IMG/VR virus record: IMGVR_UViG_3300022666_000200 | Location: 1 to 37,007 of that record | Length of the DNA stretch: 37,007 nucleotides | Strand: one strand, 5' to 3' | Source of the DNA: a virus | Lineage: Duplodnaviria; Caudoviricetes | Part shown: one piece after another, positions 1 through 8,631 of the stretch | Layout: each line of letters starts with the position of its first letter | Position numbering within the stretch: the first letter of the stretch is position 1 | Position numbers and translations under genes: made by a program | The notes under the pieces: model-generated | Databases searched by the model: none | What the model was told of the DNA's origin: nothing | The model's input: only the letters and a program-made list of their open reading frames with translations

Positions 1-1
1 T

Positions 2-394
2 CCGAAGTCGGAAACAGATCAGCCAACCCCTAAAGGCGAACCAGATTCCAGGGTGAAAGTTAGTGAGGCTGCCGCGCCGGCAAGACCGGATCCGTCGATC
101 GATCGAGGCGAGGCGTTCGTGCGAGAGTTCCGACGGGTGGCCCCGCTTCTCTGCCCGGACGAACCGATGGGCGTCGTTCTGGAAATGGCCGACTGTATCC
201 GTCGCCGCCAATTGTCGGCCGACTGGTTGCTGGCTCGAGCGCGTGAGTTCAACGGGATGTTCGCCGAGCTGAAGGCCAAGGGCAAACCAACCAAGTGTGC
301 CCCCATCGATACCTTTGCGAAGGTGTTCCGCGCTGAGTTGGCGAGAGTCAGTTGCCCGAAGCCCATTCAGACTCCAGTGGCAGCGAGGAACTGA
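2..394 (+). CDS. 5'-truncated ORF, probably the C-terminus of the phage replication initiator
   Basis: Frame is open from position 2 to the stop at 394, directly upstream of the helicase. Function is inferred from position only. Confidence 0.5.
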   Translation, partial: PKSETDQPTPKGEPDSRVKVSEAAAPARPDPSIDRGEAFVREFRRVAPLLCPDEPMGVVLEMADCIRRRQLSADWLLARAREFNGMFAELKAKGKPTKCAPIDTFAKVFRAELARVSCPKPIQTPVAARN

Positions 395-401
395 GGCGAG
401 C

Positions 402-1748
402 ATGCTTGAGGCGTTGATCGACAGGAAGGCCCCGCCGCAAAACCTCGAAGCCGAGGCCTGCGTGATTGGTTCGATGCTGCTCTCGCCGGAGTGCATCGAG
501 GAGGTTGTTGCGATACTTCCGGACGCCTGCGCCTTCTTCGATCAGATCAACGCCCAGGTGTACCGCCTGATCGTCGCGATGTTCCGAGCAAGGGTGCCTG
601 TCGACACGGTAACGTTCGGCGAATGGACATCGAGGGATTCGTTCCGTGCGGAAGCGGTCGGTTTTGCTCCCACGGAGTATCTGGTCGACCTGTGGAATCG
701 CGTCCCATCAGCCGCCAACGTCATGCACTACGCTCAGATCGTTCGTGAGCACTACCAGCGGCGAACGCTGGCCATGGCTTCTCTGGATGCCAGCAACAGG
801 CTCGCGGGCGAAACGGGGCCCGACGAACTTAAAGAGGCCGTCGGTGATCTGCAAGAACGGTGCGCTTCCACGATGGAGTGGGGGGCTCTCGGCAAGACAC
901 AGAGACTGAGCGAGTTGGCGAAGGTGGCGTTGGAAGCGGGGACGCGATCCACCCGCATCGACTTCGGCCTGCCCTCCCTCGATCGCTTCACGCCGTTCCG
1001 TGGGGAATATCAGATCGCGGGTGCGAGACCGTCTACCGGCAAGACCACGCTGTTGCTTCAGCTCGCGTGGAATGTTGCCTGTCGCGGTGACGCGGTGCTG
1101 TTCTTTTCGCAGGAGATGCCGGCCGGGGATCTGGCTCTCAGGCTGTTGTCGATGCTGTCGGGAATCCAGGTGTTTGACCTGCGCACGGGATCGTATCCGT
1201 CCGAGATGGAAGGCTCGTTGCAATGGGCTCGCGAACAACTGCAGCGGAATGACGACAAGTTGATCTTCGCTCCACGCCAGGCGTCGATTGACAGTATGAA
1301 CGCCGAAGTCAAACGCTTCAGGCGGCAACATCCCACGGCCTCGCTGGTGTGCGTCGACTATCTCCAACTCGTTGACAGCGGCGGTCGGGGTGAAACCCGT
1401 CACGAGCAGCTCGGCCATGTGTCCGCCCAGATGAACGCATGGAAGCATGACGGCTTGGCCGTGGTGGTGGCGAGCCAGCTCAACCGCGATCAGGCTCGGA
1501 CCGACCGCGAACCCCAACTGACGGACCTGCGCGAGAGCGGAAAAATCGAGGAAGACGCTGACATTGTCTGGCTGTTGCACAGAAAAGACCGAAAGCAGTG
1601 TGGCCCGCGCGACGTGAACGTGATCGTCGCGAAAAACAGAAACGGAGCCACTGGAGAAGTTCAACTGGTGCTGGATCCGCGGGCATTTCTGTTCCGGGAC
1701 CCCACGGACGCACTGAAGGGAGCGATTGCAGATGAGTGGGACGGCTGA
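402..1748 (+). CDS. dnaB: Replicative DNA helicase, DnaB family
   Basis: N-terminal PPQNLEAEACVIGSML, Walker A GARPSTGKT, Walker B VDYLQLV, SQLNR, DLRESGKIEEDAD and AKNRNG motifs. ATG 402 follows GAGG. Confidence 0.95.
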   Translation: MLEALIDRKAPPQNLEAEACVIGSMLLSPECIEEVVAILPDACAFFDQINAQVYRLIVAMFRARVPVDTVTFGEWTSRDSFRAEAVGFAPTEYLVDLWNRVPSAANVMHYAQIVREHYQRRTLAMASLDASNRLAGETGPDELKEAVGDLQERCASTMEWGALGKTQRLSELAKVALEAGTRSTRIDFGLPSLDRFTPFRGEYQIAGARPSTGKTTLLLQLAWNVACRGDAVLFFSQEMPAGDLALRLLSMLSGIQVFDLRTGSYPSEMEGSLQWAREQLQRNDDKLIFAPRQASIDSMNAEVKRFRRQHPTASLVCVDYLQLVDSGGRGETRHEQLGHVSAQMNAWKHDGLAVVVASQLNRDQARTDREPQLTDLRESGKIEEDADIVWLLHRKDRKQCGPRDVNVIVAKNRNGATGEVQLVLDPRAFLFRDPTDALKGAIADEWDG

Positions 1749-2982
1749 GTTGGTGCATGACGAGCTGGAGCAGGAGGCAATGGATGAATCGGGGCGGACT
1801 GACGCGACGCTGGAAGACGCGCCGTCTCCGCTGCTGAAGATGCCTATCGACACGCTGACGGATTTCGGCGTGGACTCCGAGTTGATCGCCAAAATCAAGA
1901 GTTACGGCATCGATACGCTCGAAGATTTCTGCGATTCATGGGATGGGCCGGATTCTGTATTGTCCGACACAGACCGATTCGCTCACGACGAAATCGGTTC
2001 CATCAGCGCGGCTTACAACAAGGTTTGCGACGCGGTCGATGCCGGCACACCGGTCGAAGAAGCGGACGTAGCGGGGGCGACGGTTGAAACTCCGGCGGAG
2101 GTTGCTCCTTCAAACCAAGCCGCCGCACCCGTGGACGATCGCGTCGATCATGGCAAGCTGCTCCAGATTCAGGCGGCCGAAGCGGAGGTTGCGGAGGCTG
2201 AGACGGCGTTCGAACTTGCCAAGGCCAGGGCCACGCAGGCAAAGAAGATCTTTGACTCGGCGGTTGACCGTCTTCGCCAGACCATTCGATCACCGTTCCA
2301 GCCGCTACTTCCTGGTCTTGGAACGCCGACGTCCGCGGAGTCTCCGACCGTAGAGGCCGCATCGACGGAAGCCGTTTCAGACGTGGCACCTACCGAGCTG
2401 ACGCCATGGTGGGCGGAGCCGATCGAAGGCCTCAAAGAGTACGGCGTAGCTGAACAGGTCATTGCCAAGCTTCGAGACCACAACGTCACCACTCTCGGGG
2501 AATTCATGGAACAAGTGGATCGGATTGAGAACGAGGAGTGGATTGACGCCATTCGAGATCAGACGCAGTTTGAGACTACGGGGACCGACGACCTGGCAGT
2601 GCTGTACCGGGTCTACAACCAGATCGAGAAGCAGTATGACGTCGACGGTGGTTTGTCCGAGATGAAGGCTTCAAAGGCTGTCGTGGAACAGGCCCCGGCC
2701 TCTGAAACCCCCGAGGCCCAACCCGAAGATGAGGACAATGCCTGGCGCTTCGAGAAGCTGGAAGTGCTTCTGAACTACGGCGTCAAACCTCGAACTATCG
2801 AACTGATCAAGCTCGCCGACTTCTCGCCTGAGACGTTGGGTGACGTTGCCACGTGGTTCGCTGCGAAGCCTGGACGGAGTTGGACCAGCATCCGTGGCAT
2901 CGGTTCGGGTCAACAGCAAATCCTTGAGGACGCGCAGGAGCAGTACTTCGCGGACCGGAAACAGAATTTGGGGAATCCATGA
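1732..2982 (+). CDS. Acidic protein with three helix-hairpin-helix (RNAP alphaCTD / NusA-AR-like) repeats and a central coiled coil
   Basis: Repeats PIDTLTDFGVDSELIAKIKSYGIDTLEDF, PIEGLKEYGVAEQVIAKLRDHNVTTLGEF and KLEVLLNYGVKPRTIELIKLADFSPETLGDV...IRGIG. RBS GAAGGGAG precedes ATG 1732. Confidence 0.65.
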   Translation: MSGTAELVHDELEQEAMDESGRTDATLEDAPSPLLKMPIDTLTDFGVDSELIAKIKSYGIDTLEDFCDSWDGPDSVLSDTDRFAHDEIGSISAAYNKVCDAVDAGTPVEEADVAGATVETPAEVAPSNQAAAPVDDRVDHGKLLQIQAAEAEVAEAETAFELAKARATQAKKIFDSAVDRLRQTIRSPFQPLLPGLGTPTSAESPTVEAASTEAVSDVAPTELTPWWAEPIEGLKEYGVAEQVIAKLRDHNVTTLGEFMEQVDRIENEEWIDAIRDQTQFETTGTDDLAVLYRVYNQIEKQYDVDGGLSEMKASKAVVEQAPASETPEAQPEDEDNAWRFEKLEVLLNYGVKPRTIELIKLADFSPETLGDVATWFAAKPGRSWTSIRGIGSGQQQILEDAQEQYFADRKQNLGNP

Positions 2983-3043
2983 TGTTGTTGTAGAGGACCG
3001 CCATGCGGGAACACATGAACCCGCCTGGCCGTTGGAGAGCACG

Positions 3044-3442
3044 ATGCGTGGCTTAACGATCTGTCAACCATACGCGAGCCTGATCGTTCAAGGCGACAAG
3101 CCCGTCGAGAATCGAGGTTGGTACACGACCTACCGTGGTCCGCTTGTGATTCATGCTGGAAAGTCGAGGGATTGGCTCCCCACCTGTCCAGAGTTTCGTG
3201 GCACCCTCGTGTTCGGTGCTGTTGTCGGGGTGGCCGAACTGTATGACTGCATGCTCTATGAGCGACTGCCTGTGGATCTACGATCGCACAAGCACGCTGT
3301 CGGACCATGGTGTTGGTTGCTGCGAGATGTACGACGCATCGAACCGATTCAGTGGTCTGGAGCCCAGGGCCTATGGAACGTTCCCGCAGCGCTCGAGGCG
3401 AGGATCAATGCGATGCTCATGGAGGTGACGATTCGTGGGTGA
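3044..3442 (+). CDS. ASCH domain protein
   Basis: MRGLTICQPYASLIVQGDKPVENRGW...YRGPLVIHAG and C-terminal GAQGLW are typical of ASCH. GGAG RBS. Confidence 0.9.
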   Translation: MRGLTICQPYASLIVQGDKPVENRGWYTTYRGPLVIHAGKSRDWLPTCPEFRGTLVFGAVVGVAELYDCMLYERLPVDLRSHKHAVGPWCWLLRDVRRIEPIQWSGAQGLWNVPAALEARINAMLMEVTIRG

Positions 3443-4187
3443 GAGCACGCGAATTCCGTGGACGGATCACACGTTCAACATCGCGTGGGGATGCACACCA
3501 GTCTCGGAGGGTTGCCAGAACTGCTACGCCAAGACACAGGCCGAACGGTTCGGCTTCGATGTGTGGGGACCGGACAAACCTCGTCGTACATTTGGTCAGA
3601 AGCATTGGCGGGAGCCGTTGAAGTGGAACGCGGCTGCAAAGGCCGAGGGACGGCGGCACCGCGTCTTCTGCTCATCGATGTGCGACATCTTTGAGAGCCA
3701 CCCGACGATCTATGATGAGTTGGGGAAGTTGTGGGCGGTGATTCGGGCAACTCCATGGCTCGACTGGCAACTCCTGACCAAGCGCCCTGACTGGATGAAG
3801 ATCAGGCTTCCATTGGGCTGGGGAGATGGCTGGCCGAATGTGTGGCTTGGAACGACGATCGAGAGCAGTCGCTATGCCCACCGAGCCAACTACCTGAGAA
3901 GAATCCCTGCCGTTGTACGGTTCATATCGTGCGAACCTGCCCTTGGGTCATTGTACGCTGTCGATCTGAAGGGCATAGATTGGGTCATCTATGGAGGCGA
4001 ATCTGGCCCGCAATTCCGACCCCATCAATTGGAGTGGGCTCGAAATCTGAGGCGTTGGTGCCAGGCTAGCGGCGCGGCGTTTTTCTACAAGCAGGGTAAC
4101 GGGCTGAAGGCCGGAACCGATCCAATGCTTGACGGAGAGGTGATCCAGGAGTGGCCGGTTCCTCGGCTCGTGGAGGTGACGACGTGA
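3435..4187 (+). CDS. DUF5131 / phage Gp37-Gp68 family protein (radical-SAM-like Cys motif)
   Basis: TRIPWTDHTFN, GCTPVSEGCQNCYA, RVFCSSMCDIF, LLTKRP, RFISCEP, WVIYGGESG and FFYKQ motifs. Confidence 0.93.
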   Translation: MGESTRIPWTDHTFNIAWGCTPVSEGCQNCYAKTQAERFGFDVWGPDKPRRTFGQKHWREPLKWNAAAKAEGRRHRVFCSSMCDIFESHPTIYDELGKLWAVIRATPWLDWQLLTKRPDWMKIRLPLGWGDGWPNVWLGTTIESSRYAHRANYLRRIPAVVRFISCEPALGSLYAVDLKGIDWVIYGGESGPQFRPHQLEWARNLRRWCQASGAAFFYKQGNGLKAGTDPMLDGEVIQEWPVPRLVEVTT

Positions 4188-4411
4188 GCGACCATGAGCC
4201 TCGGGTGGGCGATGTCGTGTGGCACGTGACGGCTCAGGCCGCACCGCGGCTGTGTGTGGTTCGCGTCTGTGAGGATGGGTCTGAAGACATCCGGCTCGGG
4301 ACGATTCGCGAAAGCGGACCCTCATGGCCGGCCCGACGTGTGGACGTTCGACTGGCAGGCATCCTCTCTCCCGGTGGCGAGATCGTGCATTGGAACGTGA
4401 ACCATGGCTGA
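4184..4411 (+). CDS. Small hypothetical protein
   Basis: GTGA overlap with the upstream stop, GGAGG RBS, and it fills the gap in the operon. Confidence 0.6.
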   Translation: MSDHEPRVGDVVWHVTAQAAPRLCVVRVCEDGSEDIRLGTIRESGPSWPARRVDVRLAGILSPGGEIVHWNVNHG

Positions 4412-4892
4412 TGGTACAGCGAAGAAGTTTGACAACGGGAAGACCCGCCTTGATTTGCTGCCGGTCGGGCCGCTCCGGGATGTCGCGGACGTCCTTGAAA
4501 GGGGTGCCGAGAAGTACGGACCGCAGAACTGGCTCAAGGGTCTGCAGTGGTCTCGATGCTATGCCGCCACGTTGCGGCACTTGATGGCGTTCTGGGAGGG
4601 CGAGGATCTGGATCCGGAGACTGGTCTTCCACACCTCGCCCACGCTGCGTGCGACGTGCTCTTCCTGCTGCAATGGCGTCGTACCCACCCAGAACTGGAC
4701 GACCGTGTGAGGCATGCAGAAATGGACCCGCGCGACGGGGTTAGGAGGATAACACCAGATGAACGATCAGATCATGGAGGGTCTGCAACGCATCGACCGG
4801 GCGGCGGCGGAACTGCTCGAGTCGGCCGAGGCACCGTGGATGCGAGGCGTCCTTCATCAACCCAACGATCCAGACGGCCTGCCGACGGCTGA
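4404..4892 (+). CDS. dATP/dGTP diphosphohydrolase domain protein (DUF5664-like)
   Basis: KFDNGKTRLDLLP, GAEKYGPQNWLKG, AATLRHL, GEDLDPETGLPHLAHAAC. The last ~45 codons overlap the next gene and look non-conserved. Confidence 0.88.
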   Translation: MADGTAKKFDNGKTRLDLLPVGPLRDVADVLERGAEKYGPQNWLKGLQWSRCYAATLRHLMAFWEGEDLDPETGLPHLAHAACDVLFLLQWRRTHPELDDRVRHAEMDPRDGVRRITPDERSDHGGSATHRPGGGGTARVGRGTVDARRPSSTQRSRRPADG

Positions 4893-5223
4893 ATCGATCC
4901 GACTGCACAAGACACTCGATCGAGTCCGACAAGCGTCGGCCGCTCTCGACCTTATCCTGCGACTGACAGCGGGCGTCACCGCGGTAACCCCGCGAGATCC
5001 GGCCGCCTGGGAACAGCGAACGGCCGCACTGGCCGCCAGACGCATCGGTATCACCGCCGAGGTCTACCTGGCCCACCGAAGGGCCGGCCTGCGATGGTGT
5101 TCGCGGTGCAAGGCGTGGCATCCGCGACGGGCGTTCGCCAGACGGGTGGCATCCCGCGACGGTTGTCACAGCGTATGCACGGCCTCATGGAGGCAGGTCA
5201 ACGGTTCGCCCTCCGCCTCGTAG
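4759..5223 (+). CDS. Hypothetical protein with a C-terminal Cys/His zinc-ribbon-like motif
   Basis: AGGAGG RBS. WCSRCKAWH...RDGCHSVC motif. Confidence 0.7.
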   Translation: MNDQIMEGLQRIDRAAAELLESAEAPWMRGVLHQPNDPDGLPTAESIRLHKTLDRVRQASAALDLILRLTAGVTAVTPRDPAAWEQRTAALAARRIGITAEVYLAHRRAGLRWCSRCKAWHPRRAFARRVASRDGCHSVCTASWRQVNGSPSAS

Positions 5224-5244
5224 CCACAGGCTAAGATCGACCGC
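5219..5244 (+). promoter_or_regulatory. Putative late promoter 1 (CGTAGCCAC-N4-TAAGAT), leaderless start at ATG 5245
   Basis: The same 9-mer with the same spacing to a -10-like hexamer recurs at 12244 and 31610. ATG lies 7 nt after the hexamer and has no SD sequence. Confidence 0.7.
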
Positions 5245-5916
5245 ATGGATACGTGCGTACACCCCGCCGAACACAACCGAACGTCGCTCCGCCTCGAATG
5301 GATTGAGGCCGGATCGCTGTCACCCAACCCCATGAACTGGCGTCGGCACCCGGAGGCTCAGAAGCAAGCCCTCCGATCAGTGCTTGCCGATCCTGAAATC
5401 GGCTGGGCCGGGGCCCTCCTGTTCAACGAGAGAACGGGGAGACTCATTGACGGTCATGCCAGGAAAGAGGTTTCAGATCCGAACGCCCTTGTTCCAGTCC
5501 TCGTGGGTTCGTGGTCAGAAGAGGCAGAGCGAAAGATACTCGCCACCCTGGACCCCATTTCGGCCATGGCAGAGGCGGATGCCGCGATCCTCAAGCAACT
5601 ACTCGAAATGGCGGACGTTGGCGCCATACCACTTGAGGACATGTACGGAATCTCCATCCCAGAAGAGGGCGGACTCGAGAAGAGCCCGTCCGGCGAACTA
5701 GTTCGCAAGTTCGGTGTTCCACCCTTCTCCATCTTCGACACGCGGCAGCAGTACTGGCAGGACCGAAAGCGGCTTTGGCTATCGCTGGGCATCCAGAGCG
5801 AGTTGGGCCGTGAAGCCCCTCCGGGCGGCGGAGGCGGCATCTATGGGCGAAAGGGAATATCGGCCAAGTACAGGGAGAAGTACAAGGGTGTCAGGAAGGC
5901 AAAGCCAAAAGCATGA
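5245..5916 (+). CDS. ParB/Srx-like N-terminal domain protein carrying the N-terminal part of a methyltransferase module
   Basis: LSPNPMNWRRHP, GWAGALLFNERTGRLIDGHAR, LATLDPIS. C-terminal FGVPPFSIFDTRQQYWQDRKRLWLSLGIQSELGR. Confidence 0.8.
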   Translation: MDTCVHPAEHNRTSLRLEWIEAGSLSPNPMNWRRHPEAQKQALRSVLADPEIGWAGALLFNERTGRLIDGHARKEVSDPNALVPVLVGSWSEEAERKILATLDPISAMAEADAAILKQLLEMADVGAIPLEDMYGISIPEEGGLEKSPSGELVRKFGVPPFSIFDTRQQYWQDRKRLWLSLGIQSELGREAPPGGGGGIYGRKGISAKYREKYKGVRKAKPKA

Positions 5917-6724
5917 CGGCGTTTCGGCCGGCCTCACGTACGGGGCGTTCGGCCCACAGTTCCAGGCGCCGGACTGCGGGACGAGCATCTTCGACCCCGT
6001 GCTGTGTGAGGTGTGCTATCGTTGGTTCTGCCCCGAGGGAGGGCATATCTTCGACCCGTTTGCCGGCGGCTCCGTCCGCGGAATCGTCGCGGGGTTTCTC
6101 GGCTATCGGTACACCGGAATAGAACTCCGCCCGAAGCAGGTTGAGGCAAACAAGGTCCAGGCCGAGAGCATCGCCAAGGTCAACCCGGACCTCATCATGC
6201 CGCGTTGGGTCATAGGCGACAGTTCCAAGATGCGAGACCACCTGGAGCCGGCCGACAGCGGCTTCGACATGATCTTCACCTGCCCACCTTATTTCGATCT
6301 TGAAGTGTACTCGGACGACCCGCGGGACGGATCGACGATGCACGAATACAACGAGTTCATCGAATGGCTTACTGCAATCGTAAAGGCTTCCGTCGGTAGA
6401 CTCGCGGAAAACAGGTTCGCCGCCGTGGTCATCGGAGAGGTGCGTGGGAAGGACGGGGCATACGTCAACCTCGTTGGCGATGTTACACGGGCATTTATAG
6501 ACGCCGGCATGGCATACCACAACGAGGCGATCCTCATCACACCCGCATGCACCCTCCCCCTGCGAGTAACAAGCCAGTTTCCCAGGGGCAGGAAGTTGGG
6601 TAAATGCCACCAGAACGTACTCTTCTTCTGGAAAGGCGACGTTCGGAAGATCGGTGATGTTCTGGGGCCTGTGCCGCTTCCTGAAGCGATAGACAGCAAG
6701 ATACAGAGTGGTGACGTCGCATGA
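5843..6724 (+). CDS. DNA amino-methyltransferase (N4-C/N6-A type)
   Basis: GTSIFDPVLCE, SAM-binding FDPFAGGS, catalytic-type TCPPY and HQNVLFF. Start is uncertain: ATG 5843 behind GGAGG, or frameshift fusion to the upstream ORF. Confidence 0.88.
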   Translation: MGEREYRPSTGRSTRVSGRQSQKHDGVSAGLTYGAFGPQFQAPDCGTSIFDPVLCEVCYRWFCPEGGHIFDPFAGGSVRGIVAGFLGYRYTGIELRPKQVEANKVQAESIAKVNPDLIMPRWVIGDSSKMRDHLEPADSGFDMIFTCPPYFDLEVYSDDPRDGSTMHEYNEFIEWLTAIVKASVGRLAENRFAAVVIGEVRGKDGAYVNLVGDVTRAFIDAGMAYHNEAILITPACTLPLRVTSQFPRGRKLGKCHQNVLFFWKGDVRKIGDVLGPVPLPEAIDSKIQSGDVA

Positions 6725-7272
6725 CCTCGCGCGCGAGCAAACCCGGCAAGTACTTCAGATTGCCCGCGAAGGTGCGTGCCGTCGTCCTGGTCGACCTGGC
6801 CGGACAACTGTCTCGCATCATGGCACAACTCGGGTCCATGGGGCTCCGATCACGCCCAGCCAAGGAACTATTTCGAAAGTTCCTGACCACGCATCCCAAG
6901 GTGATCGAGTACTTCGGCTCCCAACCTATCCCTGTGATCTACTGGGAGACCGTGGAGCAGCTTGTCAACGAGGCGATGGAGGTCGCCAAACGCCTGTCCC
7001 CGAACGGAGGTAAGGAGCTACTCGACGAGGTGGCGGCCACGCAACGTGAGGCCAAGCGACTCGCGTTTGATGTCTTCCAGAAGACCGACTCGGACAAGAC
7101 GAAACTGTACAGCCTGGAGATCGCCAGCCGGGCGGCCGACCGGATGGCCAAGCTCCTGGGGATCGATGGAAACCAGGCTACGGCCCAGACCGATTGGGCG
7201 GCCACCTTGGCCGAAGCCCAACGCCGAATGCATGAAAGCACTTACCCGGAGGGCGAGACTCATGACGGGTAG
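6721..7272 (+). CDS. Probable terminase small subunit
   Basis: Helical protein immediately before the large subunit, with C-terminal ADRMAKLLGID. ATGA coupling to the upstream gene. Confidence 0.6.
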   Translation: MTSRASKPGKYFRLPAKVRAVVLVDLAGQLSRIMAQLGSMGLRSRPAKELFRKFLTTHPKVIEYFGSQPIPVIYWETVEQLVNEAMEVAKRLSPNGGKELLDEVAATQREAKRLAFDVFQKTDSDKTKLYSLEIASRAADRMAKLLGIDGNQATAQTDWAATLAEAQRRMHESTYPEGETHDG

Positions 7273-8617
7273 CGGCCCAACGCCTCGATGGACACCCTTG
7301 CGATACCACCCAGTGCAACACCGGCTGCAAACCATTCGCCTGCGCCGTCGGGAGGGCCTGCCCTTTCCGCACATCGCGTACGTCTGGGCCGGGCGCCGCA
7401 GCGGCAAGACCGAGATCCTCAAACGCGAGGTCGTCATGGCGTCGTGCGAGCCCAAGCCGTGGCCCAATCCGCGGTACTTTCTTGGGGGGCCCACCCATGA
7501 TCAGGCGAAGGCCATTTTCTGGGACGACCTCAACCGACTGGTTCCGTCCGGATGGGTTCGCAAGCGGAGCGATTCGGAGCTGTTCGTACGCATGGTGTGG
7601 GGGGCGGAAATCCACGTGTTGGGGCTCGACAAGCCGGCGAGGATGGAGGGACCGCCGTGGGACGGTGGCGGAATCGACGAGTCTTGCGACCAGAAGTTGA
7701 AGGTATTCGAGAAGTCGGTCTGGCCGGCAGTGGCTGACCGTAAGGGGTGGGTATGGCGTGTGGGCGTGCCCAAACGGGACGGCCCTTCGTCGCTGGAGTT
7801 CCGAGAGAAGTGTGAGGCGGCAGAACGCGGCGAACTCCCCGATGCGGAGGCGTTCCATTGGAAGTCGGCCGACGTCCTGGATAAGGCGACCATCGACACC
7901 TATAGACGTACGATGGATCCGAAGACGTTTCGCGAGCAATTCGAGGCCGAGTGGGAGACGGCCAGCGGCCTGGTCTACTATGCGTTCGACCGGAAGCTCA
8001 ACGTCCGGCCATGCTGCTACGATCCGACGCTGCCCATCCACGTCGGTTCAGACTTCAACATGAACCCGATGGCCTGGGAGTTGGCGCAGGACAAGCCCGG
8101 GTCTCAGCAGACCCGTCTAGAGGTGTTCGACGAACTCTACGTCAGGGACGCCAACACCGAGCAGACGCTTGACCTGCTGTTCAGCCGCTACCCCAACCAC
8201 GCCGGAGGCTGGCATTTCTACGGCGACGCGACAGGCCAGGGGCGTCGCACGTCGGCAAGTCAATCGGACTACCAGTGGATCCTGAACGACCGCCGATTCG
8301 AGAAGGCCGGACGGTCTGTGCACTATCCGGCATCGAATCCGAGGCAGCCCGACCGATACGCCAGCGTCAACGCCATGCTCCGGAACGCCCTGGGCGAGGC
8401 GAGGCTCATCATTGATCCGAAGTGCGTCCATCTGATCCAGGACCTGGACTCCGTAACCTATTCCGAGGGGACCCGTGAGGCCTCGAAGGACGTACCGTGG
8501 TTGACGCACTCCAGCGACGGCCTGGGCTATATGGTGCACTGGATGTACCCGATCTGGTCGGCGGCGAACGACGAACCGCCCAACCCCAACTCACGCTTCG
8601 GCGTGGGTATCTACTGA
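7262..8617 (+). CDS. terL: Terminase large subunit
   Basis: Walker A AGRRSGKT, GPTHDQAK, Walker B GIDE, FREQFEAEW, nuclease GSDFNMNPMA, YGDATG and HSSDGLGY motifs. Confidence 0.95.
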   Translation: MTGSGPTPRWTPLRYHPVQHRLQTIRLRRREGLPFPHIAYVWAGRRSGKTEILKREVVMASCEPKPWPNPRYFLGGPTHDQAKAIFWDDLNRLVPSGWVRKRSDSELFVRMVWGAEIHVLGLDKPARMEGPPWDGGGIDESCDQKLKVFEKSVWPAVADRKGWVWRVGVPKRDGPSSLEFREKCEAAERGELPDAEAFHWKSADVLDKATIDTYRRTMDPKTFREQFEAEWETASGLVYYAFDRKLNVRPCCYDPTLPIHVGSDFNMNPMAWELAQDKPGSQQTRLEVFDELYVRDANTEQTLDLLFSRYPNHAGGWHFYGDATGQGRRTSASQSDYQWILNDRRFEKAGRSVHYPASNPRQPDRYASVNAMLRNALGEARLIIDPKCVHLIQDLDSVTYSEGTREASKDVPWLTHSSDGLGYMVHWMYPIWSAANDEPPNPNSRFGVGIY

Positions 8618-8631
8618 CGGAGAATCGAACG

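Noticed and set aside
708-1898. Long antisense ORFs (also 9852-11120, 13493-14728, 8611-9522 and others)
   Set aside because: These are shadow frames of high-GC coding genes, with no motifs or RBS.
4404-4892. 2-aminoadenine (Z) or 7-deazaguanine genome pathway
   Set aside because: Only the diphosphohydrolase-like gene is present. No PurZ, DpdA, Que/Fol genes or phage polymerase appear in the window.
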